Source of the DNA: Dimorphilus gyrociliatus
Taxonomy: Eukaryota > Animalia > Annelida
Reading direction: 5' to 3'
Assembly (NCBI GenBank): GCA_904063045.1
Contig: CAJFCJ010000014.1
Span: forward strand, 62,001-126,000
DNA length: 64,000 nt
Part shown: one piece after another, positions 53,203 through 64,000 of the stretch
Layout: the number at the start of each line of letters is the position of its first letter
Numbering within the stretch: the stretch's first letter is position 1
Made by a program: the position numbers and the translations under genes
The notes under the pieces: model-generated
Databases searched by the model: none
What the model was told of the DNA's origin: nothing
The model's input: the letters and a program-made list of their open reading frames with translations, nothing else

Positions 53203-56200
53203 CGACCTGTATAGAAGATACTGTAAGTGGGCTGGGCTCTGTATATACCTTATCACATTTATATACAGTATATATAATCCATGCGAGCGGAGAGTATTCC
53301 ACCATAGTTCAATAGGCTCTGCATACAAAATTCCCACGTTACTTTTTCACTATTTATAGTTTCATCCACGTTGAATTCTTTGATTACATTATAAACATAA
53401 CTGGTTTGGTGGTTAGGTTTCGTCTGTTGATATCTCTTAGTGGGAAATGGTATTGGTGGTCACGTTATCAATAGTATATCATAAATCCAGTTTACGGCTA
53501 AAGTGATTAAAGACAGTCTGAGCATATTGGACTTGTTAAGAAGATGAAATAGCCGAGATTGGAGCAACTCGTCAATGACAAGCCCCCAGAAAAGAGAAGC
53601 TTCCTTAATGCTCTTTTTGTTAGATCAATGACTTCTTTTCCGACAGATGTATAAATGCGGAATTATAACAACAACAATACTATAAATATAGTCTACAAGG
53701 AACAAGTATCAAATGACAAAAATAGGAGAAAGAAATTTCAATTTCCTTTAATCCTTCTGTCCATCTCTCTCTCTCTCTATCTATCTATCTATTTATCTAT
53801 TTATTTGTCTGTCAGTCCGTAAATATCTACGTAGATCTGTGTACTGATTTGCTTGTTTGCGTCATCATCCTATTGCTCATATTCGTGTTTCCCTGCTCAT
53901 CTGTCAACCGCTTCTCTCCTCTCATCTCGTCACGCCTTCCCATACGCAAACAAACAAGCACAATAATTCTTAATTGACAAATGGCAGATAGGCAGAGACC
54001 GCCTGTTAAATTCGCTTAGTTTCTATCTAAAGAAACAGTTGTGTGCAATTTTTTTGCATCAGAGCTTTTCGTTGGAAATGAGAGTGTATTGTTCTTTTTC
54101 TTTTGAACAGAAAGAGAAACATTTCCTGCTTTCACTCTTCAAATAGGGCTTACTCGTTGTTTTTGTTTTTCTCTTGAATAAGGATGGAATGAAGGGGAGG
54201 GGAAAGAGATTTTTTCACTCTCTCTCTCTCTCTTTCTCTTGATATTTTTTTTTCCCATTACTCACTTTGTGACCATGCATTTTTGCACTTTATAAAAATA
54301 TTGACTTTCCTTCTATGTATATAGAAATTTGCCTACTAGCTCATCTAGTCTGATTCGCTATTGTCGGTATAAACTGTCAAGTTTACAACCATAAATAGAA
54401 CATTCTTTTTTATTTTTATTCATTTTTACACCTCAACGCCAATCCCGGAAAGAGAAGACAAAGCGGTGTATTTAAAAGAATCAACAACTTGCTAAAAGTT
54501 GAGGAGAAACGGAATGGAGGGGCGGCAAGGAGAGGAACGGGGTTCAATGGAGAAGGTGATTTTTCTTTTTGAAGCGACAATCAAAGAAAGGAAATCTTTA
54601 TTCGTACAAATAATGAATCAATAAGTAATTATTTAATGGCCGAATATAATAGATAATCCTATTTACATTTTCAACCATTTCATGCTCAATTTCCTTTTAA
54701 TCAGCTTTTATTGAAAATACGAAAGAATGAAGAAAGTATGAATGAACGAGTGAATGCAAAGAGTCCGACTTAATCTTTTCATAAGGATCGTTGTTCAGGG
54801 CGGGCCGAGTTTAATCAACACTAATCTCTGTATAGTTGATTTGTATTGAATATTCTTTTGCTCCCTCTCCTCTACTTGTCTTTCGTTTCAAGATAGATAG
54901 TTTTTTAAGCAATAGTTTTATCTCTTTCTCCTCTTTCCTTCCTTCCTTCCTTCCTTCCTCCTTTCCTTGTCCTTATCCGTTTCGCTTACGAATTATTTCG
55001 GAATTATAAGTGAAGAAAAAACTACAAACACAGCTACTCGCTACTAAAATATGAATATACGCCTATTGAAATCTATCCTTATTTGATAAGGTGTAAACTA
55101 CTTCAGACATATCCACTTTAGAAGCATCCAAGTTAGTCTTCTTTCATTAGGATCTCTCTACAAAGTCTAAGGTATATTTACAGCCTCTTTTTTCCTCTAT
55201 TTTGTTATTTAAGCATATTTCTTTAGCATCGCAAGAGAGAAGAAGAGAAAATCATATTTGAAATATAGACCAAATTGTACGAAATATACAAGGGTTAGGA
55301 GAATGAAAGAGAGAGAGAGAGAGAGAAAATTGTACAAATTACAATAGATAGATTATGCTATGAGATTTGTACATAGCTATTTTAAGCAATGTAAATCTCA
55401 TTAGGGAATTAAATAAATACTTGTTTTGAATTTAGTACAGATTAATCGGTAACCGCTTTTTTTTTATTCTTCATCATTTTTCCATATTCTCTTCCCTTTT
55501 CATTCTTTTTTTAGACAGTCAAATTTAAATAAGAGATTAATTAAGTCAGTAGGCCTGTCGTTTTAGTTGTATTTTTTTTTTTTTAAACTTTTAATCTCTC
55601 TTCTGCCACTCTCTCTCTTTTTTCTCCCTCTCCACCACTTCTCTCCTTTCCTCTCCTCTAGCCTTCTCTTTTTCTTAATTCCTTCTCTCCCTCTCAGTCG
55701 TCTGTCCCACCTTCTTTCTCTCATTCCATTCCTGATATTCATTCATTCATTCATTTTTTCTCTCTCTCTCTCTCTCTCTCTATCCTTATCGTAAAACAAA
55801 CATCTCTACAAATATGCGACATTCATTGACTATTTCATTAAAAGGAGAAAAATACGCCTTTGGCTTTTCTCTCTGTCCAAATTCTGGAATGAATGTATTC
55901 ACAGTTTTCACTCTAATACGCCCATTTTCTCGCCCACTACGCCCAATTCGAATCAGGACAAAGAGGTTTGTTTTCTCTTTTTTTTTTCTACGCAGTTAAA
56001 ATAAATGTTTCTTTTCCTTTTATCAGATGAACATTTTTTTACAATGAAAGAAGGAAACGAAGCATTTTGGCCTTTTGCCAAAAATCGAAACACTAAAAAG
56101 AAAAAAATCCACAAAATCGGGAAAAATATAAATATTTTAACTTTTGACGTTTCTTTAAAAAGACGGTTCTGCTTTTTTTCATTTTGTTGTTTAGTCTAAA

Positions 56201-59200
56201 TTGAAACAGAGTAGGGTTGGGATTAGGTGAATATAGTCAAGAAGAGAGCGGAGGAGATAAAGACGAAATGTTTATGGAAAGGAGAGGAGAGAGGGGAAAA
56301 CCAACAGAATAGAACAGGAAGGGGAAAGAGACGTGTTAGGAAAAGATTGAATAGGAGCAAAGAGATGGTAAAGAAAGGGCGAAGGGAAAGGCATAAGTTT
56401 GTATTCTGAGGAGAAAAGGAATATAAATTGGGAGTCGTAATTCACTTTTTTCTTCTTTTAGAGGATAAATAGAAAAATGAAAAGGTTCCAACGAATTTTT
56501 AGAGACTTTTTCCTATTAAATCGATAAAGAGGAAATGTTCCTTTTCTTTTTTATTAATTGTTATACTGAAAGGATAAAGACTCGCAATCTTGTTTCTTCT
56601 CTGTCTTTAACAAAATAGGTCCTGCTTACCTTTCTTTTGTACGTCTCTAACATAGTTCAGCAGCGGGGAGGGAGAGAAGTGAAAAGAAGTAGGAAATGGA
56701 GAAAGAGGCAACGAGAGAGGCGGAGAAATAAAAAGTAATTGTTTTTATTTTCAAAAAATATAACCTATTAAAGGAAAGGCAAGAACATCTTATTAGCGGC
56801 TATTTGCCAGCTTTCCTCCCTCTCTCTTTCGCGATTATTAAGAATATAAGAGAAGGAAAACAAGGAAAAAAGGAAAAAGAGGGAAAAGAAGATGCACGGA
56901 AGCCTTTAGATACTGTGAACAATTTATCAAGTACAACAAAACAACTTTTACATCTAGTTAGTAAGATTTTGTGCTCAATGAATACATTTGAAATATATCA
57001 ATACCTAATATATAATAAGCTATATTTTATATATTTACATATATATATATATATGAAAGAGAGAAAGAAAAAGAAAGAAAACAACAGAGAGAGAGAGAGA
57101 GAAAACAAGTAAACTGAATGGAGAAAAAAAGACCAGATATCTAATTGTGAAAAACAGCTCTATTGCGTGCTTTTAAAAGAAAAGTCCGTCTATAAATTAT
57201 TTTAGGAATTACTTGCTATTACGTAACATAGAATTTGATTAAATGTAGAAAAAGGGTTATAGATAGATGGGTGGATGGATAAAAGAATGACCGAATGGAC
57301 AAGTGAGCTAGTGACTAAGTAAGTACATAAGTAAATAATAAGAACCTAAGTAAGTGATTAAACGAATGAATAGGGTTAGATAGTTGAATGGTTAGATAGA
57401 CGGATAGATAGATAGATAGAAGAAAGGGTAGGCAGTCGAGTAGAGAGGGTTAGAAGCTACGATAAGAGATCGATATCATCGTCTGGAGAAGGGATATTTG
57501 CTCAAGGTAAATTGACCTTAAAAGAAAATAGAGGAGAAAAATGTTGAAGAGAGAGAGAGAGAAAGAAAGAAAGAAAGAAATATTCGAGGTAAATTGTAAA
57601 ATAATAAAAAAAGTATGTCTTTTATTTCATAATCAAATATTTGATGAAAGATAGTTTTTTTGTCTTGTTGATTTTAGTTAACAGAGAATAGTGTAAAAGT
57701 TTTGAATACGGATATGAACCTTCTCTCTCTCTCTCTCCATCTATCTTTCTTCATAGTCAGCTGTAAAATACATTACATAACAATCTATTTACTTTGCTAC
57801 CTGTATAAAAGAACGGGAAGAAATTGGCAACGAGGTGGGGGATAAAAGTGATGCATCGAAAGTAATAACATTGACTGGCCAGGATTAATGTTTCAGGTGG
57901 TTGGAAGGCGATTAGACGCCGTAAATAGAGCATGCCGAGAGCTTGTATTATACATTTGCTGCCGCGTAAATATAAAGCGTGTATGATGTTTATACGAATT
58001 GCGTACAGTAAGACTAATACAGTATGCATATATGATAATGGAGGCAATTCGCAATTAATAATGGAAACCGATGAATTTTTCCTTCTTAATAAACGTATGC
58101 CGCTTATCTAACTATTCAACTAATTAGAGTCATTGTAATAGTTTCTCTCTTCATTTATCCACACTATTACTTTTCCTGCTTCTTTAACGTATACTCGTTC
58201 TCTCTACTTTTTAACTTTTCCTTTCTTTCTCTTTTACAATTAGCACTTTAAATGAAATATTCTTTTTCTTTCATTCAACTCTTCCATCTCTCTAGCTTTC
58301 GCTCTCTACTCTTCATAAACACACTCCCAGCAGTGTTTATATATTTTTACTCAATCTTCGACGTTACAGCTTAAGAAAAGTTTTTTCTCTTTCTCTCTCT
58401 CTCTCTATCTTTCTTCCTCTTTAATTTTCGATTATCAAGAAAGGAAGAAGGAAGAAAAATAAACTTGTTACAGGCAATAAAAACACTCGTTTACAGTTTT
58501 CGTTAGAGGGCAAAAATTTACATTTTAGAAAGGGAAAGGGAAAAGATTTAAGCTATGAAAAAGGATAGGATTTTTTATGAAAGAGAGAGAGAGAGAGAGA
58601 GAAGGGTTTGGCGCCTTCTGACGCCTGAAACTGACGTGATGTTTACGAAACAGGCAGAATTTATTCAAAAGCAAGAGGAAAGCGAATATAAACGAATATA
58701 AATATGAGATTTTATAGTTATTATCATGCCGCGGCTCGACAAACAAGATTAATTACGTTTTCCTAACCTTCTTACAAGAAAAGACAAACTACTCACACTT
58801 TTTGTTGTCAACCAAAGGAAATTATCTCAAAAATTCTTCCACTCATTAAGTTGTCTTCCCTTTGAAGTTTTCCTTTTTTATTATTATTTCAATTCTTTAT
58901 ATTATAATCCTCTTTCAACAATTTCTTCTCTTTTTCTTCCTTTCCTTCTTAATTTTATTGGCAAAACAAATTCAATACAGACTTGTTTCTTTATTTCTTT
59001 CCTTCCGATAAAAATTCAAGTGTACGAATGTTTTCGGCAGCGGTTCTAAAATAAAAAAAAAAACTGCGCCTTTCCACGGTAAAGCTTCAAATGCAGTGGG
59101 ATTACTTGATCACGTGCTTCTCGCCGTCCAATGAATATGCATTTAGTCACGTGGTACGCTGTTATATTCCTATTTTTGCCTCTGGTTTGTTTTTCAACAG

Positions 59201-60398
59201 ACCAGCAAACGAATAATTAAGGAGAGGGAAGGGAGAAGGGGAAAGGAATAGTGTATATAACAACATATGCGTGTATATATATATATATATATATATGAGT
59301 GTATCTGTATGTGTGTATCTTGGTGTTTGTATCCGTAAGCGAATCAGTAATTTAGAAAAGGAGAGAGAGAGAGAGAGAGAGGGTGAGCGAGTAAAACATG
59401 TCGTTACGTATTACAACGGTTGAACAATATTGAATAAAGCAGTGGCGTGTGTATACAATGCATATTTAATCACTTAACGAAACAAGATAAGACCAAAATT
59501 TTGTAATAAAAATAGAGAATTATTCAAAAAATGATTTTTTTATTTAGGTTCTTTTTTAATGTTCTGTTGGGACAATATTTTCTCTCTCTCTCTCTCTCTC
59601 CCTAGACTTCTCCCTCTCCACCTCCTTATATAGTCTTTTCTCTTTTTTCTCTTCTTGCACTTTATTTGATATTGTTAAGGATTAAATCTACAAATATCTC
59701 CTCCTAACCAAAATAAAGTTCATACATTTACTATTTACTCAGTTTTCGTTATCTGCGGTCTATCTATAATATAGTAATATTTTTTACATCTATCTATATA
59801 TGTATATATAAATATATCCATTTATTTACTCATTCATTCACTCACACACTCGTTCTTTTGGCTTGTTCATTCGCTTCTTTCTTCCATTCTTCTCTTTTCC
59901 CTCTTGCTTTTCGTTTTCGTTTCCTTATTTCTTTCCTTTCTTCCTGCCAAACACTTTTCAACACGCATTCGCCATTCACAAGGACACGGTGAGCGAGCTA
60001 TTTTAAATACAAAATATCTTTAATAAATTTACCATCAATGAGATGATGGAAGGAAGATAAAGTAGAGAGGGTGTTAGGCTGTCAACAACCCCCAAATAAC
60101 CGCCCTATATATAAACAATACCGAAGGAAAATGACAGTTAGCTTTACTCTGCTATATTCTATTTTCTATCCCTGTGTATATACTTTTGTATAAAACCTCT
60201 GTGTGAGAGTGCCCAAGTATATCTTACACAGTGCTACGTAGCTTCTAAAGCTGACAAATCCGTTAAGAGAAAGAGAGAGAGAGAGAGAAAGAAAAAAAAC
60301 AAGCTAAGCAAACTTTTATCTTTGGACTTGTTATAATTAGAAAAACCGTAACGTTTGATTAATAAAAAGGTGAGTACGTGAGGCTTATCTTTAATATT

Positions 60399-60455
<57 letters not shown>

Positions 60456-61054
60456 TATATACTGTATACGGTATATATGACAGAGGGCCTGAATTACCGT
60501 AACGCCATCTATAGTAGTAGAAAATGGTATCGAATTGCAAATAATTTGGCTAACGATGGCTAAAGTAGTAGCCGTAACGGTGGCGGTGATGACGTTGGTA
60601 GCAGAGGTAGTTGAGTAGTTGATACTATTTTGTATAGGCCATAAGATGGGGAGGAGGAAGGTGGGGGGAGGGGGCGGGGGAAAATTAATCCTATATCCAT
60701 ACATTAGTTTCCGTTAGAAAAGAGTTTTATAAGATGAGTAGTAACTCTTTACCTCGACGCTATTTTTTATTTAACCTAAAAGAGCAAAAAAGTGTCCTTG
60801 ATTTTTGCATATAGGCCGAGGAAAACAATAACATACCAAAGAGAAGTAATTATAGAAAAACAGTAGAAAGTATCTTTCAAGCCTATTGCATATGATTTAG
60901 AGAGACATCTTAAAATTGTTTATACTGTACGTACGAAGAGTAGATATGTATGTATCTATATATATATACAGTATATATGAATAGATATGCGTGTATAATA
61001 TATATACAAGTAGGATTCTCATCTTGAATATATTGAAAATAATACGAAATAAGC

Positions 61055-62349
61055 ATGAGAGGAGCTGGAGAACAAGAGGAATCGTTTCTCAAACCGGAAG
61101 GCTATGGTTATAACGTAAGTAAATGTATTGTTTATAAGATCGACTATAGGTTTATAATCGTAGTTTTAACGATTCCCTTAGCACGGAAAGAAGGGAAGAA
61201 GGGTTGGAAAATTTAAGGCGAATGCCGCAAAATTACTCGGAGCATTCCAGTTTATTTTAGCTACAGTTTTATTAATAATAATATCAACTCTTATCGGAGT
61301 TCTATCGGATCGTAATTCTAAAAAGGGTTCTTATCTCAATAATATTGAATTAGAAGTAATGTGCAGTTTTGCTTACGTCTATTGGTGTGTACTATTTTTT
61401 GCCATCTCTGGAATATTTGGAATAGTTTCCGGTTATAAGAAAGACAAATGTCTCGTAAGTGAAATCTCTCTTTTCTCTCTCTCTCTCTCTCTCCTTTTAT
61501 ATTCATCTCTTTTTTTCTTCTATCCTTCCTTTTAGATCATCTCATTTATGGTTCTGTCGATCTTTTCGTCTTTTTTCTGTTTGCCTCTCTTGTTTCTATC
61601 AGGAATGTCTCTATTTAAATTTCAATTTTCAAAGGGATACCTCGAGGCTTACGACTGGACGAATGATCAACTTTCACTTGTAAGTATCTATATTAAAACA
61701 AGAGTGGGGAGGGGATGGGTTGCATAGAAAGATTGAAAGAAAGAAAGGAAGAAAGATAGATAGATAGATAGACGAACAGACGGATGGGAGGGTGAAGTAA
61801 CATATTTATAAAAAAGAGGAAATATCTCTTCAACTTGCACTCTTTGACTATTAATCATTTTCCCGTAATTAGAAATTGTCTGTAATCACTTCAATAGTGA
61901 TAGTGGTCTGTTCAATATTAGAAGGAGTATTGGGAGTAATATCGTCGGCTGTGTGCTGCGCGAAGGTTTGCTGTATGAGAGAAGAACAAGTAAGCCCTAT
62001 TCAAACATCTATTATCAAATATATTATATATGTTTATAAAACAAGACTGTTAAAAGAGTATTCTGTACTAAATGCCCCGCATTTCTATCCAAACAATCAA
62101 GCCAAACTCGCAGCCTGTCAAGTTTATAGAGATGAAAAACTTTCAAGACGATGGCGTTTATCATTCGATTAGATCGAGAAATGAGTTACAGGTTTGTATG
62201 CTTCAATTTCTCTCCCTCTCGTTTTTATGTTTTTAATTCCAATCCTCCATCATCTACAGTCCGATCCAATGAATACAACGCAACTACCTCCGGATTATCT
62301 CAACTCTTTCTACACTCAATACGAGAACCACGATTTACAAAATATTTAG
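61055..62349 (+). CDS. MS4A/CD20-like four-transmembrane protein, 253 aa, 6 exons (absent from the ORF track)
   Basis: Exons 61055-61114, 61182-61454, 61536-61679, 61873-61989, 62114-62191, 62260-62349, all phase 0 GT-AG; four hydrophobic helices, ISGIFGIVSG, SSAVCC, C-terminal PPDY. Confidence 0.8.
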
Positions 62350-64000
62350 TAAAGTTGGAGGGAGAACATGCGCCAACAGACACTTTTTTAATCTCGATAT
62401 AGATCCCCTTGAAACGAGGCTGTAAAGAGGAGACGACTGGATGAATAGTTGACCAAAGACAATTCAGAAGGCGTCTCCGTAATAAATCTACTAACACTAA
62501 TACTATTAAAGCTAACATATATAGATATCACTAATCATTGAATAAAATTATTTCATTATCTCTACTTTTGCTCTTCTCTCTTTGACAACTTTTAAGCGGT
62601 TCAGAAGAAACTTTACGCCATCTATAGGAGAGAAGAAAAATGGAAAAATAGATACTGTAATGACGACGACGATGACGATGTAGGAGATAATGAAAAAGGA
62701 CTGAGTATATTTCGTTCCTCTTATGATCGAGGAAGGGAAAAAGAAAACAGAATTGACGAGGAAATGAGTGATGAAAAGAGGCAAAAATTGAAAAAAAAAG
62801 GATAAATATTAATGATATAAAAACTGTAAAAAGGGAAAAAGGCATAGCAAACAACAATAATAGCAAAAAATATGGTTTAAAAGGTTTTAGTTCGGAAGTT
62901 GTTTTTTTTTTCCTATTGATTTATAGAAATGATTTACGGGGTATATTGCATGATTAATATGGAGCGTTAAGAGAGAGAGAGAGAGAAATTACCATGAGGT
63001 CCTTTTTTCTCTCTCTCTTTCTTCATTCATTCACTCACTATTTCCCTTTCTCTTCTCTTATTTATCCTCTTTTACTTTCCTTTTCTTTCGTTATATTAAG
63101 AAGGTTAGATTAGTTTTGTTATTATCTATAGAGTAGGTTCAAGTACCAGTATGCTTATAAGTTACATACAGTATATTCTATAGCAGTATACCCGATATAG
63201 TTGCATAAAGTAAATACTCTTTTACACTCGAATCAAGGAAAGGAAGTATATAAAGTGTGTCAAGTAGCAAACTACTCGAAGTAAAGGAGCAAACGAAAGA
63301 GAGAGAGAGAGAGAGAGAGGAGTGTGGGTGACAGAGTATCTATGATTTATTAAAGAAGATTTGCCGAGTTAGTTAGCTAATTAGTTGTCGTGTAGGAGGT
63401 CCCACCTTATAACACATATAGATCGCTATGCAGTGTTATACTTTTTCCTTTCTCCAAAGAACAAATGTGCAAAAGAAATACAAAGAAATACAAAGCCAAT
63501 GCATAGATTGTATGGAAAATAAATCAAAGAAGAGTACAACAACTCTAAATTTCAAATAGACTTTTTAACCGTTTCACGAAATAATAAAGTAGAGAGAGAG
63601 AGAGAGAAAGAGAGAGAGAATGAACGAGGGTGTTGAAATGTACAACAAATCTTTCCGCTATTACGATAGTTTTACAATTGATTTCCAATGTTGATTTAGA
63701 TAGATGAATAAAAGAAAAATTCTGGAAAAAGGAAAAAGTAATTTATTCAATTTGTCTTTCTTTTTTTCTAAAAGAGAAAAAAGAAGATAGATACCTCTAC
63801 GAGTTGAAGAAGAAAGGAAAGAAATGTACAGTTTGGGGGGACGGGAGTGAGGGAAATAGGCGGCTACAATAGACCGAATGAACTATGCGGGAATTGGAAT
63901 AAGAGGGAGCGAGCGAGAGAGAGAGAGAGAGAGAACGATACCCGCCCTTTCTTCCAAAAAATAAAATAAGGAAGAAAAGTAACGCCCCCCTCCCCTATAT

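Overview
AT-rich animal genomic DNA from a compact genome: GT-AG introns are mostly 60-170 nt and (GA)n microsatellites are abundant after ~24.6 kb. It resembles a small-genome lophotrochozoan, but that is a guess. 1-17.2 kb: two tandem minus-strand paralogues of a secreted Cys-rich (furin-like CxxC repeat) protein. The complete copy ends in a Ly6/three-finger domain and a GPI-type tail. The copies are almost identical except for completely different mucin-like spacers, and they flank a nest of DNA transposons (Tc1 with TA TSD, 208-bp MITEs with 8-bp TSD, a truncated second Tc element). 17.4-23.1 kb: a divergent pair of intronless, microbial-type genes. One is a YwqG/DUF1963 homologue. The other, the headline finding, is a single 1388-aa ORF fusing a catalytically intact pyranose 2-oxidase to an aldos-2-ulose dehydratase/isomerase (beta-propeller + cupin), i.e. 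both consecutive enzymes of the fungal glucose->glucosone->cortalcerone route in one animal polypeptide. 27-64 kb: ordinary host genes (disordered RRxS/RVxF protein, degenerate intronless SLC6, TMEM144, BTB protein, rolling-stone-like, rhodopsin-type GPCR, Trk-like RTK, MS4A/CD20-like), a deleted mariner, and many TACAGTA/TACTGTA motifs that look like Tc1 excision footprints. All assignments come from motif recognition and manual splicing; no searches were run.
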